A stretch of DNA of 64,000 bases, taken from Bacteroidota bacterium (GTDB lineage Bacteria > Bacteroidota > Bacteroidia > NS11-12g > UBA955). The position numbers and the translations under genes are program-made. Position 1 is the first letter of the stretch. The number at the start of each line of letters is the position of its first letter. The stretch is taken from assembly GCA_027490055.1 (NCBI GenBank), contig JAIXYV010000063.1, positions 1,377 through 65,376 of the forward strand, written 5' to 3'. The notes below the pieces were generated by a model. The model had not been told where the DNA came from and searched no databases. It was given only the letters and a program-made list of their open reading frames with translations. This document shows positions 54,474-64,000 of this stretch, one piece after another.

Positions 54474-55418
54474 ATGTTATCGCGCAGGAATATTCGAATT
54501 AAAGTTCTACAGCATTTATATGCTTTTCAACAACAGGATGCCACATCAGTTCCTGCTTTTCACAAACAACTCGACAAACAATTTAAAGACTTTTACAAGT
54601 TTTACTATTTCTCATTACATTTTTTAAGAGACTTCAATACTTTTCTGGAAAGTGAAAAGGAAATTGAGCTTGAAAAATATTTCCCAAACAAAACCCATAT
54701 CAGAAATACGGAGATGCTTCAGCGTCTTGATTTCTATAAGGCACTTGACGAAAGTTCTGTGTTCGAAGAATTGTGCGGTAAATTGCCTTACGACTGGAAA
54801 AAGCATGGTGACTTGTTTGACCGTGCATTTATTGACTTAGTTCAATACGATTTCTTCATCGATTTTTCGGTGTTTGATCAGCCATCTCCAGAAGTTCAAA
54901 AAGACTTCCTGACCAACTTATACGAGTTTCTCTTCAATGAATTTGAATTGTTCGATAATGCCATGGAAGATGAATATATTAACTGGGAAGATGATTCAGC
55001 TGATATCCTAAAAGCCGTCATCAACACCTTTAATGGTTTCTATGACAAAAACAGACTCAAAATCGAAAGTCCTGGCGACAAACAGCGTGAGGATATTCAC
55101 TTCGGTATCCAGTTGTTCGAAAAATGTATCGTCAATAAAGAAACTTTAGATGAATTGATTTTAGCCAATACTGCTAACTGGGATTCTGAGCGTTTAACCA
55201 TCAATGATGTGATTATGCTGAGAATGGCCTTGTCTGAATTCCTGTATTTCGAAACCATTCCTCCAAAAGTTACTATTAATGAGTACCTTGATATCGCTAA
55301 ATCTTACAGCACACCAAAGAGTCATCTTTTCTTAAATGGGGTATTGGATAAAATAAGAATTGTACTGACCGAAACTGGTCGTATAAATAAAAGCGGAAGA
55401 GGCTTGAAAAATGAATAA
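54474..55418 (+). CDS. nusB: transcription antitermination factor NusB (long Bacteroidota form)
   Basis: N-terminal RRNIRIKVLQHLYAF and C-terminal ...INEYLDIAKSYSTPKSHLFLNGVLDKI are NusB-like. The order nusB / DUF1573 / yajC / coaE is the order I recall as common in Bacteroidota. Confidence 0.7.
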   Translation: MLSRRNIRIKVLQHLYAFQQQDATSVPAFHKQLDKQFKDFYKFYYFSLHFLRDFNTFLESEKEIELEKYFPNKTHIRNTEMLQRLDFYKALDESSVFEELCGKLPYDWKKHGDLFDRAFIDLVQYDFFIDFSVFDQPSPEVQKDFLTNLYEFLFNEFELFDNAMEDEYINWEDDSADILKAVINTFNGFYDKNRLKIESPGDKQREDIHFGIQLFEKCIVNKETLDELILANTANWDSERLTINDVIMLRMALSEFLYFETIPPKVTINEYLDIAKSYSTPKSHLFLNGVLDKIRIVLTETGRINKSGRGLKNE

Positions 55419-55462
55419 TTCCTTCTATTTTTGCCCCACTAAGTAAAAATAAGAAGATCGTT

Positions 55463-55942
55463 ATGAAACAATTTTTTGTATGTTTAGGACTGGTGGTGTT
55501 TTTTACCGCCTGCAGCAATGCTCCAAAAGCTGATGACAATTCTAAGACTGAAGAAACTGAAATTTCTCCTGCATTATTGGAAAATCCTGCCACTGCCGAA
55601 AATCCTACCAAGAAACCTGAAGGGTTTGCAGTGATGACATTCAAGTCTACTGAACACAATTTCGGAGATATTCTCGAAAATCAGAAGGTTGAAACTACTT
55701 ACGAATTTACTAATACCGGAAAGGTAGATCTTTTAATCAGCAACTGCTCTGCTATGTGCGGTTGTACTGTGCCTGACTGGCCAAGAGAGCCAATTAAGCC
55801 AGGAGAAAAAGGCAGTATCAAAGTGGTATTTGATAGCGCCGGTAAATCTGGAACCAACAATAAAATCGTTACAGTGTATGCCAATATCGAAAGCAAAACA
55901 CTGGAACTTAAATTCTCTGCTAATGTCAGAGCCCTCAAATAA
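55463..55942 (+). CDS. DUF1573-domain lipoprotein
   Basis: 159 aa with lipoprotein signal VVFFTAC. The motif FEFTNTGKVDLLISNCSAMCGCTVPDWPREPIKPGEKG matches the DUF1573 signature. Confidence 0.75.
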   Translation: MKQFFVCLGLVVFFTACSNAPKADDNSKTEETEISPALLENPATAENPTKKPEGFAVMTFKSTEHNFGDILENQKVETTYEFTNTGKVDLLISNCSAMCGCTVPDWPREPIKPGEKGSIKVVFDSAGKSGTNNKIVTVYANIESKTLELKFSANVRALK

Positions 55943-55956
55943 AATAATCATTTAAC

Positions 55957-56277
55957 ATGCAAAATTTAATAATCACACTACAAGCACAAGGTCAGGGTAA
56001 TATGATGCAAACGATTACCTTCATGGGTTTAATCTTCATCGTATTCTATTTCTTCATGGTTCGCCCTCAGCAAAAGAAACTGAAACAACAAAAGAAATAC
56101 GTTGAAGAATTGAAGAAAGGCGACCTGGTAGTGACTACTGGTGGCATTCACGGTAAAGTTGAATCATTGGATGGTGGTACTGCCAGTTCTATCATCATTA
56201 GTTCTGAAGGCAGCAGACTGAGAATCGAAAAATCAGCTATCTCTTCAGAATTAAGCGCCAACCTTAACAAAGCATAA
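55957..56277 (+). CDS. yajC: preprotein translocase subunit YajC
   Basis: 106 aa. TM segment then FYFFMVRPQQKK...LKKGDLVVTTGGIHGKV. Confidence 0.85.
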   Translation: MQNLIITLQAQGQGNMMQTITFMGLIFIVFYFFMVRPQQKKLKQQKKYVEELKKGDLVVTTGGIHGKVESLDGGTASSIIISSEGSRLRIEKSAISSELSANLNKA

Positions 56278-56282
56278 TTACT

Positions 56283-56873
56283 ATGCTCAGGCTGGGAGTT
56301 ACAGGTGGGATTGGAAGCGGCAAATCTACGGTTTGTCAAATATTCGAATCACTTGGTGTACCGGTCTATTACGCAGATGCCCGTGCCAAATTTCTTGTAG
56401 GCAACAATAAGGTACTGCAAGCTGAACTAAGTTCGGCGTTCGGAGAACAAACATTTATTAACGGCGAATACAACCGGACTTACATAGCCGGTATTGTATT
56501 CGCCGATAAATTTCAACTCGAAAAACTTAATGCTATTATTCATCCTCATGTCTTAGCCGACTGGGATGATTTCTGCAGTCAGCATACCCAACTGCCTTAT
56601 GTGGTTAAAGAAGCTGCCATCATGCTGGAAACAGATAGCAAAAATTCAATCGATAAAGTAGCTCTGGTATATGCGCCTCAAAACTTAAGAATCGAGCGAG
56701 TAATGGCCAGAGATGGCGTAGATAGGGCAGTGGTTGAAGCTCGCATCGCCATGCAAATGCCAGAAGAGGAAAAATTAAAACTGGCGGATTTTATCATCTA
56801 TAATGATGCCGACCATTCTCTCATTGAACAAGTGCTACAGCTTCACCAGCAATTGATTAAGCAAGTTGATTAA
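56283..56873 (+). CDS. coaE: dephospho-CoA kinase
   Basis: 196 aa. N-terminal [13 protein letters not shown] and IHP.V in the middle region. Confidence 0.9.
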   Translation: MLRLGVTGGIGSGKSTVCQIFESLGVPVYYADARAKFLVGNNKVLQAELSSAFGEQTFINGEYNRTYIAGIVFADKFQLEKLNAIIHPHVLADWDDFCSQHTQLPYVVKEAAIMLETDSKNSIDKVALVYAPQNLRIERVMARDGVDRAVVEARIAMQMPEEEKLKLADFIIYNDADHSLIEQVLQLHQQLIKQVD

Positions 56874-57570
56874 GGTATAATCTTACGGTATTCTCCATAC
56901 CGAATTCCAAAGCATCACACACTAAAGCATGCCCAATGCTTACCTCTAATAAACCTGGGAGGTTTGTAGCGAAGTATTTCAAATTGTGAAGGTCTAAATC
57001 ATGACCAGCATTAATACCCAATCCAGCTGCATTGGCAGCTTCTGCAGTTAAAACATAAGGTTTTATGGCGGCTTCTTTGTCTGAATGATAGCCAGATGCA
57101 TAGGCTTCAGTATATAGCTCTATTCTGTCTGTTCCTGTGGCTTTTGCAGAAGCTATCATGCTTGGATCTGGATTTAAAAAAATACTGGTTCTAATGCCGG
57201 CTTCATGGAATCTGGCAATGACAGTTTGAAGGAATTCTAAATGCTGAATCGTATCCCAGCCATTATTACTGGTTAATACATGCGGTGGATCTGGTACTAA
57301 AGTTACCTGAGTTGGTTTAACCGCAATCACCATTTCAATGAAATCTTCAGAAGGATAACCTTCGATATTGTATTCTGTGCTTACAACTTTTTTCAAATTG
57401 TAAACATCGTCGAAGCGGATATGTCTTTGATCGGGACGGGGATGAATGGTGATTCCCTGTGCACCGTATGATTCTATTTTCTTAGCATAGCTAAGGACAT
57501 CAGGATTGTTGCCTCCTCTCGAGTTTCTGATGGTGGCCAGTTTGTTGATGTTTACACTTAATTTAGTCAT
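56857..57570 (-). CDS. pdxJ: pyridoxine 5'-phosphate synthase
   Basis: 237 aa. [17 protein letters not shown], then [12 protein letters not shown], then EVSIGHAL. It has an ATGA overlap with the upstream gene. Confidence 0.95.
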   Translation of the reverse strand: MTKLSVNINKLATIRNSRGGNNPDVLSYAKKIESYGAQGITIHPRPDQRHIRFDDVYNLKKVVSTEYNIEGYPSEDFIEMVIAVKPTQVTLVPDPPHVLTSNNGWDTIQHLEFLQTVIARFHEAGIRTSIFLNPDPSMIASAKATGTDRIELYTEAYASGYHSDKEAAIKPYVLTAEAANAAGLGINAGHDLDLHNLKYFATNLPGLLEVSIGHALVCDALEFGMENTVRLYLNQLA

Positions 57571-59540
57571 ATCTTTAAAGTTATTTCAAATTTCACTTCA
57601 TTGAAAAGCTGTCCGCTGATGGCATCTGCGCCGCTTCCCGACGAATGAATGTCTGAATAACGAATGGATGCAAATTTAGTTTTAATTTGAAGAATCTTGT
57701 TCACATGATATTGAAGGATTGTATATAAAGCAACACCTCTGTCCTGCCAGGCTTTCATGGCATACACCGAACTCAGGTCATTTTCGTAAGCGTAAATTCT
57801 GCTGTTGAAATCTGAAACATGAAAGACGGTCCACCGTGTCTGAATTCTTAGGCGACTGTTTAGTCGATGTGAAACATTGTGATACATCAAATAGCCATTG
57901 CTGAATGTGTTTTCTCCAATTTGATAGCGGTTGATTTCTATGCGATGAGCCATGCTGGTAGTCTTACTGATCTGATAACTCAGGTCGGCTCTCATTTTAT
58001 CTTGTCGGTGTGTTTCAAGTTGTCTCATGCCTGAGGGTTCGCGACTGTTGAACTGATTCTCTTTCAACTGGTATCGAAGTACAAAAGTGTAAGCGTTTCT
58101 CTCTGAATAGTTAAGTTGTATAAGCGCTTCTTTTCCATTACTCGGACCGTCGCTTTTATAAGTCTTTTCTGGATGTTTAAACAGGTCGACATAGGCGTTT
58201 AGTTGAAGTTTTTTGGCGGCTCGCATTTGATACCCGATTAACCAGCCGCTTTCATTGCTGCCATTTCCTGAGGCAAGCGCATTGGTATTGTCTGAATTAA
58301 ATTTTCCTGAATAATGGCGGTACATTACGGATACGTCTGTGAACTTATCCAAACTGATTAAAGCACCTTGGATAAAGGCGCTCTCTTGCATTTTAAAATC
58401 CATCGCTGTTTCATGAAACACAAGGATATTTCTAAAAGCATACTGACAGTCGATGCCGATTTTTGACTGCTTTTGCTCGATTTTGTCCCTCAGTTGTATA
58501 CTTCTTAATCCTTTGCTCTTTGAACCACTTATCGTAAGTCCTGCCTGAAATTGCTTAAACCGGTAATCGCTTCTCATAATCACATCAAAGCGTTGAAGGT
58601 TGTTTCTGCTCTTAATCTCTTTATCGTTTCTGTATAGATTTGAATTGACAAGCGAACTTAAATAGACCTGTCCGTTGCTGTCAATACTGGTTTGAGCATC
58701 TGTTTTTTTATTGGAAATAGCCACCCAAACATGTAAAGATGGCAATAGTTTTAAATGACAGGCAGTACCTTTTAAAACCTCTTTGTTGTTCACAGAGCCT
58801 GTATGGCGTAAACCTTTTCCAGCTCTCATAATACCCATGACATTTGCGGATTTTCCAAAGGCCAGGGTATTGCCGATGCATAATCCCTGTCCGAATTGCA
58901 ATTGAAAATTTCCTGCAATCACCTCCTGTATTAGTCCCTTGTTGAGATATTGTAAACTAAAGCCTGTACTGCTCTGATTAAATCGTTCGCCGGCATCTTT
59001 TTTAGTGATGATTTGCAGTCGCAGTTGCTGACCAAACCCAATCTTCAAACGACTCGTTTCTTTTAAACGATTGCCTAAAAATACCTGATCAGTCTTTGCC
59101 TTATCGGTATAGCCTTCACTTTTCTCCAGCTTAGTTTGTAACTGACCTTGCCATTCAATTTGGGGTTGTCTAATCAGGTCTTTGATCACTTGTTTAACTG
59201 GTAAACTCAGAGTTATGTACGGACGTATTTTTTGAATATCTGTAATATCAAATCCTTTTACCTGTTGTAGTTCCAGTAATGATTTGAAGTAGCCGTAGTG
59301 ATTTCTGTGCTCAATAATGGCATTGATCTGAATGGTTGTAATATTAGGGATTTGTTGAAGGTCATTCCAGTGCCCTGTGTTGATATTGATGGCGTGTATT
59401 TGCAAATGCTCATTGAAATCATCAAGAGCATTACTTTCTGTTTCTTCATTTTCTGGCATGTAATCTTCTCCTGATGGCAACTGTGCTTTCAGTTCCATGC
59501 CGAAAACGACCAACATCAAGCAAATACATCTACCAATCAT
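57567..59540 (-). CDS. ComEA-type helix-hairpin-helix domain fused to a large predicted outer-membrane beta-barrel
   Basis: 657 aa. Signal peptide, then [47 protein letters not shown] (ComEA-like HhH pattern), then ~530 aa of alternating strand-like sequence. Confidence 0.55.
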   Translation of the reverse strand: MIGRCICLMLVVFGMELKAQLPSGEDYMPENEETESNALDDFNEHLQIHAININTGHWNDLQQIPNITTIQINAIIEHRNHYGYFKSLLELQQVKGFDITDIQKIRPYITLSLPVKQVIKDLIRQPQIEWQGQLQTKLEKSEGYTDKAKTDQVFLGNRLKETSRLKIGFGQQLRLQIITKKDAGERFNQSSTGFSLQYLNKGLIQEVIAGNFQLQFGQGLCIGNTLAFGKSANVMGIMRAGKGLRHTGSVNNKEVLKGTACHLKLLPSLHVWVAISNKKTDAQTSIDSNGQVYLSSLVNSNLYRNDKEIKSRNNLQRFDVIMRSDYRFKQFQAGLTISGSKSKGLRSIQLRDKIEQKQSKIGIDCQYAFRNILVFHETAMDFKMQESAFIQGALISLDKFTDVSVMYRHYSGKFNSDNTNALASGNGSNESGWLIGYQMRAAKKLQLNAYVDLFKHPEKTYKSDGPSNGKEALIQLNYSERNAYTFVLRYQLKENQFNSREPSGMRQLETHRQDKMRADLSYQISKTTSMAHRIEINRYQIGENTFSNGYLMYHNVSHRLNSRLRIQTRWTVFHVSDFNSRIYAYENDLSSVYAMKAWQDRGVALYTILQYHVNKILQIKTKFASIRYSDIHSSGSGADAISGQLFNEVKFEITLKI

Positions 59541-60327
59541 AAGTAAAATGCATAGCGTGTCCTGAACCTAATATCTGATGGTATCGAATAGCGAACCCAT
59601 AACTTATCTGATTTTTTTTATAGGTTAATCCTGTTGCCAGTTGCGCATGACTGAAGGTAAATCCACTAAAAAGTTGCCATTGTTTGTTGAGCTGATAACT
59701 TAGTCCCGTTTTTAACACAGGGGTTTGATCGTTTGGCCATTGAATCTCAGCAATCAATTTTGCCTGTTGATTCATGCCATACTGTAAACCAAAAACATTG
59801 TTCATGCTCACGCTTGTTCTTAGTTTATCCGGTAAGTTGAAAGCGATGAGCCAGGCTATTTGCCATTTCGAAAATGGGAGAGTAGTGAAGGAAAGGTTCC
59901 ACGAATTACCGTATGAAGTACCATAGCCAATGATACGTTCGGCCTGAAGTTCTGTTTGAATGGAGGTTTGAATTTTAGGATGTATTTGAAAGCCAATGCC
60001 CACTCCGAATACACTATTAGAATAAGAGGGCGCCTTTAGATTTCTGAAGTAAAAGACACTGTGATGCTGCTTATAGGGTTTTGTAAAGATAGCATCCAGT
60101 TGCATGACTTCACTTAAGAAGTATGGTTTCTGCCAACATAAGCCAAGTGTGGCTTTATCGGGTTTTTGCATTGAATTGTTATTGATGCCAGAGAAACGAT
60201 TGCCTGCAAATAGTTGCATACCCGACAATGCTGCGGCTTCGGCACCTGCGGCCAGGAAGGGTGTTCCCGCGACAATCCATTGAGGAAAGAGACTAAAAAG
60301 CAGTGCCAATAATTTCATTTTGTACAA
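59530..60327 (-). CDS. hypothetical outer-membrane beta-barrel protein
   Basis: 265 aa with a signal peptide. The N-terminal GAEAAALSGMQLF resembles FadL/PorV-type barrel N-termini. C-terminal ...HAMHFTYDW. It overlaps the downstream gene by 11 nt. Confidence 0.4.
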   Translation of the reverse strand: MYKMKLLALLFSLFPQWIVAGTPFLAAGAEAAALSGMQLFAGNRFSGINNNSMQKPDKATLGLCWQKPYFLSEVMQLDAIFTKPYKQHHSVFYFRNLKAPSYSNSVFGVGIGFQIHPKIQTSIQTELQAERIIGYGTSYGNSWNLSFTTLPFSKWQIAWLIAFNLPDKLRTSVSMNNVFGLQYGMNQQAKLIAEIQWPNDQTPVLKTGLSYQLNKQWQLFSGFTFSHAQLATGLTYKKNQISYGFAIRYHQILGSGHAMHFTYDW

Positions 60328-60449
60328 AACTATTGATTGGATAATGGCTAGTCGTATTTTAAACGACTATAAGTATTTATTTTTATCCTGTAATTCCTGC
60401 ATTTGGTACAGTAGTGTTAAAAAAATATTTTAAAAGTCAATTATCAGAT

Positions 60450-60457
60450 TAATTTTG
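60450..60457 (+). promoter_or_regulatory. -7 box TAATTTTG for the TrkA-type gene
   Basis: Exact TAnnTTTG match, 8 nt upstream of the ATG at 60466. Confidence 0.4.
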
Positions 60458-60465
60458 CAGGTACA

Positions 60466-61161
60466 ATGATTAAAGCAAAGTTCGCCGTAATCGGTCTCGG
60501 CAGGTTTGGAGGAAAAATCGCCCGTCAGCTTTCCAGAAGGGGAGCAGAGGTAGTGGCCATCGATGACAACGAGGATAAAGTAGAAGTGCTGAAGGAAGAT
60601 GTTGCCATGGCAATCACCATGGACGCAACTGAAATCAATGCGCTTAAAAGTTTTAAAATCGAAGAAATGGATGCTGTCGTGGTTGCCATTGGTGAAAACT
60701 TTGAAGCTTTAATTTTGACAGTGGTCAATCTGATTGAGTTAAAGATTAAGCGTATCATTGCCAGAGCGGGTTCTCCGCATCAAAAACTGATTCTGGAGAA
60801 ACTGGGTATCACAGAAACCTTATCTCCTGAAGAGGAAGTAGCTATCATTGTTGCTGAACGTTTGATTCACCCTAGTGTTAAAACTTTCCTTCAGCTACCT
60901 GATGGTTATGAGATAGCCGAAATTCAAGCGCCTAAAGGTATCATCAATCAGTCGATCGAGAAGATTGAATTTGATGTTAAATACAACCTGCGTTTGATTA
61001 CCATTAAAAGACTTTACGAAGTAGATAAGCGCAGCGGTGTTGAATATGAAAGACACCTGCTGGGTGTTGTGCAGTCCAGTACGATTATCTATGAACACGA
61101 CGAGATTATTATCATGGGTAAAGAAATCGATATCGAGCGCTTTATCGAGCTGAATAAATAA
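60466..61161 (+). CDS. trkA: TrkA/KtrA-type potassium transporter regulatory subunit (RCK N and C domains)
   Basis: 231 aa. Rossmann motif VIGLGRFGG...L...G.EVVAID plus an RCK_C-like C-terminus. Confidence 0.8.
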   Translation: MIKAKFAVIGLGRFGGKIARQLSRRGAEVVAIDDNEDKVEVLKEDVAMAITMDATEINALKSFKIEEMDAVVVAIGENFEALILTVVNLIELKIKRIIARAGSPHQKLILEKLGITETLSPEEEVAIIVAERLIHPSVKTFLQLPDGYEIAEIQAPKGIINQSIEKIEFDVKYNLRLITIKRLYEVDKRSGVEYERHLLGVVQSSTIIYEHDEIIIMGKEIDIERFIELNK

Positions 61162-61168
61162 TCAGTTT

Positions 61169-61972
61169 TTAATTTTTCTTTACGCCTTTCAGGGCATAGA
61201 CCATTGGTATTTTATCGCCAAATTTTGATAGGATAAATTGTTGTTCACTCGTCTCTGTCATGGCATTAAAGCAATTGTAAGGCGAGTAATTTTGCTCTTC
61301 CATTCCTTCGATACTGATACCGTTTTCTAATAGAGCTGTAACGACTTCAGAGATGCTATGATTCCAGGTAATCATTTCAGCATGAATGTTTGCATTTACA
61401 TCCGCATAAGAACCAGCTTCTGTTTCTATAATGGGCGTTGAATTGAAATAAGAATATTGCACAAAGTTGAAGTCGTTATCATACATCCAAAGCACTGGAT
61501 GGAATTCGACAAAGACCAGTTTGCCACCAGGTTTTAAAAAATGACTTACCACTGCCGCCCATCGTTTAATATCGGGCAACCAGCCAATAGTTCCATAGCT
61601 GGTGTAGACGATATCATAGGCAGCCTGATGTTTATCTGGCAAGCTATAAAGATCTGAGCAGATAAACTGAGTATCAGTTTGGCATAAGACTGACAATTTG
61701 TTCGCTTCTTCAATGGCTCTGTCAGATAAGTCGACGCCACATACATTAGCACCTAAGCGACTCAAGGAAATGGTATCCTGACCAAAATGACATTGCAGAT
61801 GCAGGACATCCAATCCCTTAATATCACCCAGCAAGCGTCTGTCTGTTTCAGGTAAACTGTTTTTGCCGGCGATAAATGCCGGTGTGTTGTAGAAATCAGA
61901 ACCAATATGCACCTCTGTGCGTTTGTTCCAGGCTGCCAGATTTATCTGTAAATAATTGCTGCTATCAGTCAT
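61169..61972 (-). CDS. class I SAM-dependent methyltransferase
   Basis: 267 aa. Motif I region VLHLQCHFGQDT, then VCGVDLS, then LKPGGKLVFVEFHP. Confidence 0.8.
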   Translation of the reverse strand: MTDSSNYLQINLAAWNKRTEVHIGSDFYNTPAFIAGKNSLPETDRRLLGDIKGLDVLHLQCHFGQDTISLSRLGANVCGVDLSDRAIEEANKLSVLCQTDTQFICSDLYSLPDKHQAAYDIVYTSYGTIGWLPDIKRWAAVVSHFLKPGGKLVFVEFHPVLWMYDNDFNFVQYSYFNSTPIIETEAGSYADVNANIHAEMITWNHSISEVVTALLENGISIEGMEEQNYSPYNCFNAMTETSEQQFILSKFGDKIPMVYALKGVKKN

Positions 61973-62137
61973 GTTTTATAGAATTGAGATTTCAAAGAAA
62001 ACCTTTTTACTGTCAATATAAAACTGCACTTTGTCATATTTGAAAAGAATTGCTGGGATAGGCAAAAAATAATCATACTTTTTGTCATATATTTGTTTAT
62101 TGGTACAGCTATTGAAACTAATAGTTGAATTTGAGTA

Positions 62138-64000
62138 TGAATTATAACAAGTTAGTATTTGGCGGTCATTTGGATTCTGATGAAACAGAAAGTGGAAGTG
62201 ACTTGTTTCCGTTGTTTTCACAACAGGAGGAAAAAGAAAGTAATAAATTAACGGTTCCTGAAAGTCTGCCAATATTGCCGATTCGCAATACGGTCTTATT
62301 TCCAGGTGTGGTATTCCCAATCACTGTGGGAAGGGATAAGTCGATTAAACTGATTAAAGACGCCAATAAAGGCGATAAAATCATTGGTGTATTTGCTCAG
62401 AAAGATCCTGAAACGGAAGAGCCAGGCTTGTCTGATTTAAATACCATCGGCACCATGGCTCAGATCATTAAAATACTGAGAATGCCGGATGGCAATACCA
62501 CTGCGATTATTCAGGGTAAGAGAAAGATTCAACTGGGAGAGCAAATCTCATCTGAACCTTATCTGACCGCTTACGTATCTCCAATAGAAATTGAAGACGA
62601 ACAACAGGACAAAGAATTAAATGCACTTATCAGCAGCATTAAAGATACCGCTACAGAAAACATCGAATTGTCTCCTAATATTCCTTCTGAAGCGAACTTC
62701 GCTCTTAGAAATATTGATAGTGATAATTTCCTGGTGAGCTTTATAGCATCTAACCTGAATATTACATTAGCTGAAAAGCAGAATATTCTAAATTCTACTA
62801 CGCTGAAAGAGCGCGCTTCAATGGTGTTTGAACACCTGGTAAGAGAAAATCAGATTCTGAAATTAAAAGATCAGATTCAAAGTAAGGTTAAAGTCGATAT
62901 CGACAAACAACAAAAAGAATATTTCCTTCAACAGCAGATTAGAGCAATTCAGGAAGAACTTGGTCACGACAGTCCTGATAAAGAAATACAGAGCCTGCGT
63001 GAACGCGGTGCTAAGAAAAAATGGTCATTAGAAATCGACGAGGCGTTCAATAAAGAACTGGATAAACTCTTGCGCATTAATCCAGCCAGTCCGGATTATT
63101 CTGTAAGTCTTAACTATGCTCAAACCCTCCTGGATTTGCCTTGGAACGAGTTTACCAAAGACAACCTGGACATTAAGAAAGCGCAGAAAGTATTAGACTC
63201 TGATCATTTCGGTCTGGAAAAGGTAAAACAAAGAATCTTAGAATACCTGGCAGTGATTAAGCTGAAAGGTGATTTAAAGAGTCCGATTATTTGTCTGTAC
63301 GGCCCTCCTGGTGTAGGTAAAACGTCATTAGGAAAAAGTATTGCTAAAGCCATCGGTCGCAAATATGTTAGAGTATCTCTGGGCGGTTTACACGACGAAT
63401 CAGAAATTCGCGGTCACCGTAAAACCTATATCGGTGCGATGCCTGGTAGAATCATACAAAATCTTAAAAAGGTAAAATCAGGCAATCCTGTTTTTGTGCT
63501 GGATGAAATAGATAAAGTAGGCAATGATTTCAGAGGCGACCCATCATCGGCTTTACTGGAGGTGCTGGACCCTGAACAGAATACTACTTTCCATGATAAC
63601 TATTTAGAACTGGATTACGATTTAAGCAAAGTGATGTTTATCGCTACTGCTAACTCTTTAGATACTATTCAACCAGCGCTCTTGGATAGAATGGAAATCA
63701 TTGAGATCAGTGGTTATACCGTTGAAGAGAAGATCCAGATTGCTCAGAAATACCTGATTCCTAAACAAAGAGTAATGCATGGTTTAAAAGCTGCTCAGTT
63801 TAAACTGGCCGATGCCGTCATTGAAACAGTGGTGGAAGAATATACCAGAGAAAGTGGGGTTAGAAATCTTGAAAAGAAAATTGCTGCTTTAGTTAGGCAT
63901 AATGCTATGCTGATTGCCAGTAAAGAAACCTTCAATCCAAATCTGAGTCAGCAGGATATTCAAAGTATTTTGGGTGTCGATAAACTGGAAAAAGAAATCT
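62138..64000 (+). CDS. lon: ATP-dependent Lon protease (N-terminal 621 codons; gene continues past the window end)
   Basis: My own translation from the ATG at 62138 gives MNYNKLVFGG...LPILPIRNTVLFPGVVFPITVGR (Lon N domain), and later GPPGVGKTSLGKSIA...IRGHRKTYIGAMPGRIIQ. It is open to position 64000. It is missing from the ORF track because it has no stop in the window. Confidence 0.95.

Noticed and set aside
61976-62384. ORFs 61976-62320 and 62166-62384 on the minus strand.
   Set aside because: They overlap the promoter region and N-terminal coding region of lon (plus strand, from 62138), whose translation is unmistakable. The minus-strand translations have no recognisable features.
1-64000. 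Whole-window look for CRISPR arrays, tRNA/rRNA genes, transposases, integrases and phage or toxin-antitoxin modules.
   Set aside because: I saw no regularly spaced direct repeats with unique spacers, no tRNA T-arm/acceptor signatures, no rRNA-like stretches and no ORF with DDE/serine/tyrosine recombinase motifs. This is a visual scan only, so short or degenerate elements could have been missed.

Overview
This is an AT-rich chromosomal segment that reads as Bacteroidota. Three proteins end in type-A T9SS C-terminal sorting domains, a PorX-type response regulator is present, TAnnTTTG -7 promoter boxes recur, and Shine-Dalgarno sequences are almost absent. I support about 55 CDS. I found no rRNA, tRNA, CRISPR array, transposase, integrase or phage gene by eye. 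Roughly 1-27.7 kb and 44.3-64 kb are core housekeeping: speA-like decarboxylase, a two-component pair, gmhB, pdxH, ribBA, an iron-type ABC pair, pckA, ABC-F, porX, icd, purA, fur, relA/spoT, rpsA, recG, nusB, yajC, coaE, pdxJ, trkA and lon. The stretch 27.7-44.1 kb looks accessory. It holds small unknown proteins, a MerR/SDR pair and three giant T9SS cargo proteins. The observations I rank highest are: (1) a translationally coupled porin / Tat-Rieske / imelysin / di-haem cytochrome operon at 16.4-20.4 kb that could be a self-contained periplasmic metal-redox module; (2) a GC-rich ~68-nt non-coding element present twice in opposite orientation (21.15 kb and 28.1 kb), with a hairpin kept by compensatory and wobble changes; (3) three near-identical terminator hairpins within 1.7 kb that bracket an ORF-poor scar; (4) two very long perfect palindromes with a shared core that flank a 332-bp empty spacer upstream of rpsA; (5) rpsA itself, which has a TTG start, a canonical AGGAGG and a C-terminal helix-hairpin-helix extension; (6) an unlisted 49-codon basic-protein gene with its own promoter and terminator; (7) an operon joining a small barrel protein, a ComEA-type HhH domain fused to a large beta-barrel, and pdxJ. 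All functional calls rest on motif recognition in the supplied translations. No database search or computation was possible.
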